From the NCBI GenBank assembly GCA_038231455.1, contig JBBRLI010000005.1:1-64000 (forward strand): a stretch of DNA of 64,000 nucleotides. The letters run 5' to 3'. Within the stretch, counting starts at the first letter, position 1. Each line of letters begins with the position of its first letter. Position numbers and translations under genes: made by a program. Below the pieces are notes generated by a model. The model did not search any database and was not told the DNA's origin. It saw only the letters and a list, made by a program, of their open reading frames with translations. The DNA is from Vulcanimicrobiales bacterium. GTDB taxonomy: Bacteria > Vulcanimicrobiota > Vulcanimicrobiia > Vulcanimicrobiales > Vulcanimicrobiaceae. Shown here in pieces: positions 56,360 to 64,000 of the stretch.

Positions 56360-56374
56360 GCCAATGCGCTCGGC

Positions 56375-56713
56375 ATGAACCGCCTGCGCCCCATCGCTGC
56401 CGTCTTGCTCCTTGCGCTTGCCGCGTGCGGCGGGCCCGCGCTCCCCGCATCGCAGAATTATGCGACGCTCACCGGGCGAGTGATCGATTCGGCGACGAGC
56501 CTGCCGATTGCCGGTGCGATCGTCACGGTCAACTTCGTGAGTAATTCCGCGCCGACGGGCGCCGACGGGACGTTCAAAGTGCAGAACGTGCCGATCGGTC
56601 AAGACGATTATTCCGCGGCGGCCACGGGTTATGCGAGTTCGGCGACGGCTTCGACGTCGTTTGCAGCCGGACAAACCGTGAGCGTCGTCATTCCGTTGCG
56701 AAAATCGCCGTAA
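56375..56713 (+). CDS. Lipoprotein with a carboxypeptidase-regulatory-like domain
   Basis: Lipobox LAAC; GRVID..T..PIAGA.V. Confidence 0.8.
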   Translation: MNRLRPIAAVLLLALAACGGPALPASQNYATLTGRVIDSATSLPIAGAIVTVNFVSNSAPTGADGTFKVQNVPIGQDDYSAAATGYASSATASTSFAAGQTVSVVIPLRKSP

Positions 56714-56715
56714 CG

Positions 56716-57858
56716 CTGCACGTTCTCGTCGCCCCGGATAAATTTAAGGGGAGTGCGAGTGCCGCCGCGATCGGCGAGGCGATTGCCGCTGGCCTGGGTG
56801 ATGTCGAGCCGGAACTCGCGGTTCGCATCGTGCCGATGGCCGATGGCGGCGAGGGTACGGTCGATGCGTTCATCGCTAGCGGGGCTCTCGTTCGCAGCGC
56901 ACGCGTGCGAGGACCGCTCGGCGATCCGATCGATGCGCGATTCGCGCGCGAAGGCGATGTCGCCATTCTCGAGATGTCCGCGGCCTCCGGTTTAGAACTG
57001 GTCCCAACCGATCGTCGTGACGTTCTTGCCGCCACCACGTTCGGCACCGGCCAACTCATCGCTGCTGCCCTCGACGACGGCGCAAAACGGATCGTTCTTG
57101 GCATCGGCGGTAGCGCGACCAACGACGGTGGTGCCGGTGCACTCGCGGCCCTCGGTGTGCGATTTCTCAATGGCGCCGGTGCGGCGATCGACCCGACGCC
57201 GGCGCAGCTCGCGGACGTCGTCTCGATCGATGTACGTGGTCTCGATCCGCGTCTTGCCTCCGTCGCATTTGAGATCGCTTGCGATGTCGATAATCCCTTA
57301 CTCGGACCGACCGGTGCAACGGCGATCTATGGTCCGCAAAAAGGCGCGATCGGCGCAATTGCCGCGCGAGCCGAACGCGGACTTCACGCGCTCGCCGACG
57401 CGATCGGACGGGCTCGGGAAAGCGATCTGCGCGAACTTCCCGGTGCCGGCGCCGCCGGTGGCCTCGGCTTCGGACTTGCCTCGCTTGCGGGCGCACGTCT
57501 TCGCCGCGGCGTCGATGTGGTTGCCGATGTCCGCGGCCTGACGGACGCACTTCGCGGCGCCGCGTACTGTATCACCGGTGAAGGCCGGATCGACGTGCAG
57601 ACGCTGCACGGGAAAACCGTCGCGGGCGTTGCCGATCTCGCGCGCAGCGCCGGCGTTCCCGTCTACGCCCTGGGCGGCAGTGTCGATGTATCGGTCGAGC
57701 GCGCACTCTTCGATCGCGGCGTGGTCTGCGTTCCGATTTGCGCGGCGCCCATGCCGCTCGAGCAAGCGATGGCCGAGACCCTCGCACTCGTGCGCGCGGC
57801 AGCGGCGCGCATCGCTAGGTCGAGGCGGGTTCTTTTGGGTCCGACTGGCGGAACTTAA
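56716..57858 (+). CDS. Glycerate kinase, probable CTG start
   Basis: In-frame (L)HVLVAPDKFKGS at 56716; PMADGGEGT, GIGGSATNDGG.G, GAGAAGG and TGEG.ID.QT..GK. Confidence 0.9.
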   Translation: MHVLVAPDKFKGSASAAAIGEAIAAGLGDVEPELAVRIVPMADGGEGTVDAFIASGALVRSARVRGPLGDPIDARFAREGDVAILEMSAASGLELVPTDRRDVLAATTFGTGQLIAAALDDGAKRIVLGIGGSATNDGGAGALAALGVRFLNGAGAAIDPTPAQLADVVSIDVRGLDPRLASVAFEIACDVDNPLLGPTGATAIYGPQKGAIGAIAARAERGLHALADAIGRARESDLRELPGAGAAGGLGFGLASLAGARLRRGVDVVADVRGLTDALRGAAYCITGEGRIDVQTLHGKTVAGVADLARSAGVPVYALGGSVDVSVERALFDRGVVCVPICAAPMPLEQAMAETLALVRAAAARIARSRRVLLGPTGGT

Positions 57859-59152
57859 CGAACGAGGCACGCTGCGCGATCGTCCCATCGACGATTTCCA
57901 TGATGACGCGCGCGAGTTTTTCCGAGTCGTGACGCACGTTCTGCGTTTCGCTGATCACTTGCGCGCGCACGACTTTAACGCCGAGTTTGGCGAGTTCCGG
58001 CTCATCCACGAGCACCGGTAATTGGCCCTCTTCGGCATAGATGCTGCGCAGCTTACTCGGCAGTTGATCGTTCACAACCACGATATCGCAGACGTGTGCG
58101 CGCGCTTGATCGAGGAGCGTCTTTACGTGCGCTGAGGCCGTGAACGCATCGGTTTCTCCGGGCTGCGTCATCACGTTGCAGACGTAGATCTTTATTGCGC
58201 TCGATGCTTCGACTTCCCGGGCAACGCGATCGACGAGCAGATTGGGCATAATCGAGGTATAGAGCGATCCTGGCCCGAGCACGATTGCATCGGCATCGCG
58301 AATCGCCTCGATCACCTCATCGAGCGGCGCGGCGTATGGCGGATCGAAGAAGACATCTTTGATGGGCTTCGTGGCTTTTGAAATATTCGATTCGCCCTCG
58401 ACGATCGTGCCGTCGACGAGCGTTGCACAAAGTCGTGCGACGCCCAGCGTCGCCGGGAGCACGCGACCTTTGATGTTGAGCACGCGGCTCGAGACTTTGA
58501 TCGCCTCATCGAAATTGCCGGTAATACCGGTCATGGCGGCAAGAAACAGATTGCCGAACGAGTGACCGGTCAAGCCTTCGCCTTCGCGAAAACGGTAGCG
58601 AAAGAGATCGGTAACGAGCGCTTCGTCATCGGCAAGCGCAACAAGACAGTTCCGAATATCGCCGGGCGGCAGAACGCCAAGTTCTTTTTGCAGACGGCCC
58701 GAACTACCGCCGTCATCGCTGACGGTAACGACGGCGCTCAAGTTTGCCGTGTAGCGTTTGAGTCCGCGCAGGAGCGTCGAAAGACCGGTTCCACCGCCGA
58801 TCGTCACGATCTTATAGCCGCGCTTGAGACGCGTTTCGAGCAGGGCGTCGATCATGCGGTCGGTGCCGTACGGCTGCACGGCGGTAACGATCGAATTGAG
58901 CCAGCGCCAAATCCCAAGCGCCACGAGCACGACGCCGAGTGTCATGAAAAGGAACGAAATTTTATCGGCCGGGATGACGTCGCCAACGATGTTGTCGACG
59001 AGCTCGTTGATGCGGAAGTGCGTGCCTTCGTCGGTAAACCAGCGCGAGATACCGTTCACCAAGAGAACCGCACCGAACGCGGCAACCACGAGCCAGCGTT
59101 TAACGCCCAGCCCCGGCAAAAACCAGCGCACGACGTTGATCGATCGCTTCAT
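57815..59152 (-). CDS. yvcK: YvcK/GlmR (CofD-like) UDP-GlcNAc-binding protein with N-terminal transmembrane helices
   Basis: IGGGTGL, VSDDGGSSGRL, PPGDIRNC, GHSFGNL and GPGSLYTS. Confidence 0.92.
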   Translation of the reverse strand: MKRSINVVRWFLPGLGVKRWLVVAAFGAVLLVNGISRWFTDEGTHFRINELVDNIVGDVIPADKISFLFMTLGVVLVALGIWRWLNSIVTAVQPYGTDRMIDALLETRLKRGYKIVTIGGGTGLSTLLRGLKRYTANLSAVVTVSDDGGSSGRLQKELGVLPPGDIRNCLVALADDEALVTDLFRYRFREGEGLTGHSFGNLFLAAMTGITGNFDEAIKVSSRVLNIKGRVLPATLGVARLCATLVDGTIVEGESNISKATKPIKDVFFDPPYAAPLDEVIEAIRDADAIVLGPGSLYTSIMPNLLVDRVAREVEASSAIKIYVCNVMTQPGETDAFTASAHVKTLLDQARAHVCDIVVVNDQLPSKLRSIYAEEGQLPVLVDEPELAKLGVKVVRAQVISETQNVRHDSEKLARVIMEIVDGTIAQRASFVKFRQSDPKEPAST

Positions 59153-60012
59153 CGTTCCACGTCCCGCTGTTCCGTTGAGACGGCAAGCGTGGGATTTGCC
59201 AGCAAGTGCGCGGCGATACGACGCATCAAGAAGACCGATCGATGGCGTCCGCCGGTGCATCCGATCGCGATCGTCAACTGCGACTTGCCTTCTTTGCGGT
59301 AGTGCGGCATCAAGAAATCGAGCAGCGAGAGTGTTTTTTCAAGAAAGATCGCCGTCTCGGGCAACGCTTCGAGATACGCGGCAACCGGCGCGTCGTCGCC
59401 GGTGAGCGGCCGCAGTTCGGCGACGTAATGCGGATTCGGTAAGAAACGCACGTCGAAGACACAGTCGGCATCCAGCGGAACGCCGTATTTGAAACCAAAC
59501 GCGAGCAACGCGACGCGCAGTTTGAGTTCGCCGTTGACGCCGAGGAACGTCGCTTGAATGCGTTCTTTGAGCATGCCATGCGTGAGCCGCGAGGTATCCC
59601 AAATGTGTTGCGCGCGGTCTCGCAGCGGCGCAAGCGATACGCGCTCTTTTGCGATGGCAACGGTCAGGTGATCGGCGTCGGTCGCGAAGGGATGGCGGCG
59701 GCGCGTTTCGCTGTACCGGCGCACGATTGCCTCATCGTCGGCATCCAAGAAGAGCAGTTCGGGGCCGAATCCAGCCTCGGAGAGGCCTTCGAGCGCTACG
59801 AGCGGGTCGCCGAACGGGCCGTGGGTGCGCACGTCCAGGGCGATTGCCACGCGATGGATCCCGCCTTGTTCGACGAGCGCGACCAAGGCCATCGAGAGGT
59901 TCGGCGGTAAATTGTCCAGACAGTAATAGCCGAGATCCTCGAACGATTTCATCGCCTGGCTCTTGCCTGCTCCGGAGAGGCCCGTTACGATAACGAAAGA
60001 CTGTAAGCTCAT
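59149..60012 (-). CDS. rapZ: RapZ/YvcJ nucleotide-binding protein
   Basis: TGLSGAGKS, DNLP, RRYSETRRRHP, FGFKYG, DVRFLPNP and GCTGGRHRSV. Confidence 0.93.
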   Translation of the reverse strand: MSLQSFVIVTGLSGAGKSQAMKSFEDLGYYCLDNLPPNLSMALVALVEQGGIHRVAIALDVRTHGPFGDPLVALEGLSEAGFGPELLFLDADDEAIVRRYSETRRRHPFATDADHLTVAIAKERVSLAPLRDRAQHIWDTSRLTHGMLKERIQATFLGVNGELKLRVALLAFGFKYGVPLDADCVFDVRFLPNPHYVAELRPLTGDDAPVAAYLEALPETAIFLEKTLSLLDFLMPHYRKEGKSQLTIAIGCTGGRHRSVFLMRRIAAHLLANPTLAVSTEQRDVER

Positions 60013-60030
60013 CGAGACACCGCAAGGATC

Positions 60031-60414
60031 ATGAAGCTTTTTTCGCCTGAGAAAGCAAACGCCCTTATCCCAATCCTCTCGCCGCTGCTCGATGAGCTGT
60101 GGACGAAGCGGCGCGAGCTTGCGATCCGCCTGCTCGAGAGCGATCCTCTGCTCCGCGCGAACCGGCCTGCGGAAACGCACGATCGCCGCGTCTCGCGCAA
60201 GTTCACCGAACTCAAGGCCGAGATCGTCCGCCTGATCAACCGGATCGAGGCACATGGCTGTGTCGTGAAAGACCTCGATCTTGGGCTCTTGGATTTTCCG
60301 GCGCTCCGCGACGGACGGCCGGTGTATCTGTGCTGGAAAGCGGGGGAATCGGCGCTCGCGCACTGGCACGGCACCGACGAGAGTTTCGTCGACCGCAAGC
60401 GGCTCGACGTTTAG
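60031..60414 (+). CDS. DUF2203-like protein
   Basis: F..E.AN.L.P; KDLDLGLLDFP...VYLCW..GE...HWH. Confidence 0.8.
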   Translation: MKLFSPEKANALIPILSPLLDELWTKRRELAIRLLESDPLLRANRPAETHDRRVSRKFTELKAEIVRLINRIEAHGCVVKDLDLGLLDFPALRDGRPVYLCWKAGESALAHWHGTDESFVDRKRLDV

Positions 60415-60419
60415 AACGC

Positions 60420-60449
60420 AAAACGGGCGCCGCAGAGGCGCCCGTTCTC
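60420..60449. terminator. Terminator between convergent genes
   Basis: AACGGGCGCC-GCAGA-GGCGCCCGTT. Confidence 0.75.
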
Positions 60450-60471
60450 GTGTCTGTTGGAGGCGGCGGAT

Positions 60472-60867
60472 CTAACCCGCGGCGACCGGATCGACCTTGA
60501 TGAAATCCTCGGCCAGACCCTGGAGACGTACTTCGCCGAATTCCACGGTATAGGCGCCTGCCGCGAAGTCTTTTACTTCGCCGACTTCGGGAACCGTGGC
60601 AAGCTGCGGAATCTTCGAGCGGATTTCATCGGGCAACTTCACTTTGTCGCCGACGGCAAGTTCCGGCGCTTCGAAGAGTTTTTCGAGGTCGGCCAGGAGC
60701 ATATTGAGCGGAATGCCATAGCCTTCGCTGACCTGTTCGATCGTCTCGGTTTCGCTGATCGCGCAGTTGGCGCAGCCGCCGAGGTGAAAGCGCGCGAACA
60801 CACGGCGGGCGCCGGCATGAACTTTAAACGCGTTTTCGACGGTGAGGTCTTTGGTGAAGTGGGCCAC
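60472..60867 (-). CDS. DUF1858-like CxxC redox domain plus a small beta domain
   Basis: FHLGGCANCAISETETIE...GI.L..LL.DL; AGGAG RBS. Confidence 0.65.
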   Translation of the reverse strand: MAHFTKDLTVENAFKVHAGARRVFARFHLGGCANCAISETETIEQVSEGYGIPLNMLLADLEKLFEAPELAVGDKVKLPDEIRSKIPQLATVPEVGEVKDFAAGAYTVEFGEVRLQGLAEDFIKVDPVAAG

Positions 60868-60875
60868 GTACTCTC

Positions 60876-62678
60876 CTACTGGGGCGGCGATGTCGCTAGC
60901 ATTATTCCTTGAGACGCCGGGATGGCCCCGCTGGTTGCGGCGGTGCGCTCCCACGCGGCCCGCAAGTCTTCGAGCGACCCGTCGGAGCCGCGCAAAATGC
61001 GATCGACTTCGCGCTTGAGTGATTCGGTCTGCAGCACGTCGATCGCCGTCCCGACCGCCGAGGCAAGGAGCGCAATTGCGCCTGCTTCGTCTGGCGCATA
61101 CGGCTCGGCCGTGCTTTTCGGGCCGATCACAAGCATTCCGGTAAGATGTCCGCGCACCACGAACGGGAATACGCGCTCGCCCGGAATCGTACTATCGCTG
61201 CCCTCCAGAACGAGTGCTTCGCGGAACGCGCGCAAACGCACGATCGCCGGATCGTTTTCATCGATCACCGTGGGCATGTCACTTGTGGTCGCGACACAAA
61301 CGAAACGATTTGGTTCGGCAAGATAAATCGTCGCGTGAACCGCGTGCGCGTTACGAATCACGATCTCGATTGCTCGATCTTCGAGCACGTCGAGGTCGGT
61401 GATAAACGACGCCTCGGTTGCGAAACGCCGAATTGCCGCCTCGGATGCGTGGCGTTCGCGGAAGAAGAAGTCATCGACGAAGCGGTCGACCCGGTGGTGG
61501 ATCGATTTGAGCGAGAGTCCGAGCGTGACCGAGAGCGCGAGTTCGATGATCGAACTTGTCGTATGCGAAACGTCGACGAGAAACTTGCCGAGAAACCATT
61601 CGAGCGAGCCGAGGACAACCACGACGACGATCGAGACCCCGCCGAAGACGATCGCGCGGTTCACAACAAAGCCGATATCGAGCACGCGGTAGCGTAAGAT
61701 TGCGTATCCCATACCGAATGGAATCGCAAGCGCCGTCACCGGGAGAAAGTAAATCCACTGATCGGAGTGTTTGGTGAGGAGCGCGACGACTTCGGCGATC
61801 AGTCCCGAGAAGCCGATCGCAAGCGAGAGCGACACCCAGCGGACGCGCTGTTTCTCTTCGCCCGTCGCCTTGCGATTTGCAATGAAGAATGCGGTCGTGA
61901 TCGCGATGACATAGTAAATCCACGGGCTGTTTCCGAGGATCAACGCCAACATCGGCGGCCGTCGCTGGGTAATGAAAACGCTATATTCGATGAAGAAGGC
62001 GAGCGCGACGATGCCCCACACGACGAAGGGGTTGAGCCGCCGAATGAACGCGCGCACGCCGGTATCGGTGCGCGTCGGAAAGATGGTTGCAAAGCGGACG
62101 GCTTGTCCGATTCCGGTAAATGCGCAGCACTGCTGAAAGACGAGCCACGCCAGGACGAATGCGCCGCTCATGTAGTACGCGGTCGTCGATGAGAGCGCAA
62201 GCGAGAAGAGCAAAAAGAACGACGCCAGCGCCCGTCCCTCGGGTAAGTCCGGTCGCCGGAAAACAATTGCTGCTGCGACGATTCCCATCGCAACACGCAA
62301 GAAAATATAAACGTAGACAATGATCGGGACGGCGTCGTGCCTCGGAGCGATTTCGAGGTCAACGACTTGGACCGGCGACCCGGCGCGTTCGCGGCGAATC
62401 TTGAAGACGTCGCCCGGATCGACTTTATAGTAACGCATCCGCTCGTTTAACGATTGATCGACGAGTTGGAACCGATCGCCCACCCGCAACACGCGCGCGG
62501 CGGGAAGATCCGGCTTCACGCTCACCACTTCATACACGGTGTACGCGTTGGGATCAACGAGTTTCGCGGTAAATCCCTGGGTTCCAATTTTGCTGCCCGC
62601 GGCAAGATCGGTGCACACCGTTACCGCGACCAGGAGCAGCCCAAGGAAGGCGACGAGTCGCCAGAGCGATGGCTTCAT
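60876..62678 (-). CDS. Multi-TM membrane protein with an extracytoplasmic PDZ-like region and a C-terminal GAF-like domain
   Basis: PAA..LRVGD; about 8-9 transmembrane helices; GYAILRYRVLDI; VDRFVD..FFR; G.L.IGPK...EPY..DE. Confidence 0.7.
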   Translation of the reverse strand: MKPSLWRLVAFLGLLLVAVTVCTDLAAGSKIGTQGFTAKLVDPNAYTVYEVVSVKPDLPAARVLRVGDRFQLVDQSLNERMRYYKVDPGDVFKIRRERAGSPVQVVDLEIAPRHDAVPIIVYVYIFLRVAMGIVAAAIVFRRPDLPEGRALASFFLLFSLALSSTTAYYMSGAFVLAWLVFQQCCAFTGIGQAVRFATIFPTRTDTGVRAFIRRLNPFVVWGIVALAFFIEYSVFITQRRPPMLALILGNSPWIYYVIAITTAFFIANRKATGEEKQRVRWVSLSLAIGFSGLIAEVVALLTKHSDQWIYFLPVTALAIPFGMGYAILRYRVLDIGFVVNRAIVFGGVSIVVVVVLGSLEWFLGKFLVDVSHTTSSIIELALSVTLGLSLKSIHHRVDRFVDDFFFRERHASEAAIRRFATEASFITDLDVLEDRAIEIVIRNAHAVHATIYLAEPNRFVCVATTSDMPTVIDENDPAIVRLRAFREALVLEGSDSTIPGERVFPFVVRGHLTGMLVIGPKSTAEPYAPDEAGAIALLASAVGTAIDVLQTESLKREVDRILRGSDGSLEDLRAAWERTAATSGAIPASQGIMLATSPPQ

Positions 62679-62727
62679 GAATGTCGCTTCGCCGCTAAGA
62701 GCGGCGAGGCTTGCGACAAAAGGCAGA

Positions 62728-63083
62728 GCGGAGGGCGCCTGTAAGCCGGATTCTGTCCCGGCAAAGCCGGTGATCATCATCTCTCTTGGGCCGACGTTGC
62801 CGGCGACCTCGGTGCGACGTAACTCGTTCGGACGGGTATCCGCGACGCGCGAAGCGTCGTCATCGAGCGGTCTTGCTTCAGGTGGGGTTTACCCGCGCCC
62901 ACGTCTCCGTGGAGCGCCGTGAGCTCTTACCTCACGATTTCACCCTTGCCGCGCTCGCGCACGGCGGTTTGTTTCTGTGGCACTTTCCTTCGAGTCACCC
63001 CGAGCGGACGTTATCCGCCACCACTCCCTATGAAGCCCGGACTTTCCTCACCCTCGCGGGTGCGATGATCCAGCGTCCTCCGC
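62728..63083 (-). ncRNA. rnpB: RNase P RNA (type A)
   Basis: Minus strand GAGGAAAGTCCGGGC, AGTGCCACAGAAA, GGTAAACCCC and ACAGAATCCGGCTTA; termini pair as P1. Confidence 0.96.
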
Positions 63084-63089
63084 CCGGGC

Positions 63090-63118
63090 ATCATACGCGA
63101 TTGCGTGCCGCGCGGCAA
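63090..63118 (-). promoter_or_regulatory. Sigma70 promoter of rnpB (TTGCCG-N17-TATGAT)
   Basis: Consensus spacing; -10 box lies about 6 nt from the P1 5' end. Confidence 0.7.
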
Positions 63119-63209
63119 GAACGGATATCGATCGGTACGCTTACGGACCGATGATGGTGATTTTTGGGTACAACTCGCTTAGCCCGCGTTTGCGGACGGT
63201 AAGGCATCC

Positions 63210-64000
63210 ATGCATCCCGCCTCGTCGAATCGACCGACCGGTCCCTTAAGCAACGGACGCAAGCCATCGAATCCGTTCGAACACAGCTCGTATATGGTCT
63301 GGACCTACGACGCGGCACGCGAGCTGAATTACGTCAACCGAATGGTGATGGACTATTCGGGTCTCTTGGGAGACGAAGTGCTCTCGTCGACTTCGCTCTG
63401 GACGCATTTGCTCGATGCCGCGGGAGCGCTGGCGTTCAACGCTTCACTCAAGGCGGCGATGGAAAATGGCGAGTCGTTTCGGGGTGAAGCGCAATTTGTC
63501 GGGGCGCCTTCCGAATTACACGATCGCCTCTGGCACGTCGTAAGCGTCGATCCGAACCGCGATGAGAGCGGGCGTATCGAATCGTGGAGCGGTATCGCGG
63601 TCGGGATCGACGACCGGATTCGCGCGGAAATTGCGCTCGACGTTCGTGAAGAACAGTACCAACAAGAGCTGTACCGTTCGACAACATTCCAACGAGCGGT
63701 TTTACCGCCGCGTCTTCCGATCGTTCCGGGTCTTACGTTCGACGCGATTTACGAACCGGGACTGAGTAACGAGAACGTCGGCGGCGATTGGTACGATGCC
63801 GTTCGACTTCTGGACGGTCGCGTGCTGCTAACAATCGGCGATGTCGCCGGGAGCGGTTTGAATGCAGCCGTGGTGATGGGCGTCGTGCGCCAAATCATGC
63901 GTGGGATCGCGCAATTACATGCCGAGCCCGCGTTGATGCTCGACGCTTCGGATCGAGCGCTGCGACAAGAATACCCCGACGTTCTGGTCACCGCATGGGT
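63210..64000 (+). CDS. PAS + SpoIIE/RsbU-type PP2C phosphatase, truncated by the window end
   Basis: Open frame from ATG 63210; PAS-like VWTYD...YVN; FQRAVLP, VGGDWYD and IGDVAGSG. Confidence 0.85.
   Translation, partial: MHPASSNRPTGPLSNGRKPSNPFEHSSYMVWTYDAARELNYVNRMVMDYSGLLGDEVLSSTSLWTHLLDAAGALAFNASLKAAMENGESFRGEAQFVGAPSELHDRLWHVVSVDPNRDESGRIESWSGIAVGIDDRIRAEIALDVREEQYQQELYRSTTFQRAVLPPRLPIVPGLTFDAIYEPGLSNENVGGDWYDAVRLLDGRVLLTIGDVAGSGLNAAVVMGVVRQIMRGIAQLHAEPALMLDASDRALRQEYPDVLVTAW

Noticed and set aside
1-64000. CRISPR arrays, transposases, prophage genes, reverse transcriptases
   Set aside because: No regularly spaced repeats or such protein motifs found by eye

Overview
A mostly chromosomal, GC-rich bacterial window. 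Gene content suggests a diderm Terrabacteria lineage such as Ca. Eremiobacterota/Vulcanimicrobiota; this is inference only. RNA genes: 5S rRNA, tRNA-Leu(CAA) and RNase P RNA. Protein loci: a TRAP transporter operon; a complete, translationally coupled type IV pilus (T4P) operon that also carries a SigB/SigF-family sigma factor and a CcdA-type thiol-disulfide transporter; hicBA; an sdhAB plus CCG-subunit (type E-like) succinate dehydrogenase; a GAF-GGDEF protein; dnaE-hisZGD-cof-ftsQAZ; aroA; an APC permease fused to a GH35-like hydrolase; mscL; pfpI; CBS and CGL; glycerate kinase; rapZ-yvcK; and a truncated PAS-PP2C gene. The best candidate for an undescribed system is a pilus regulatory circuit. 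The same promoter-like motif GGA(C/A)TAA-N13/14-GGGCACT lies directly before the pilin and before an unannotated divergent transcript. That transcript has a structured leader with a 12/14 complement to the pilin RBS, a 31-aa membrane peptide and a terminator. The second candidate is the permease-glycosidase fusion, which has an internal signal peptide and whose ORF ends inside the tRNA. All product calls are from motif recognition; no database searches were run.
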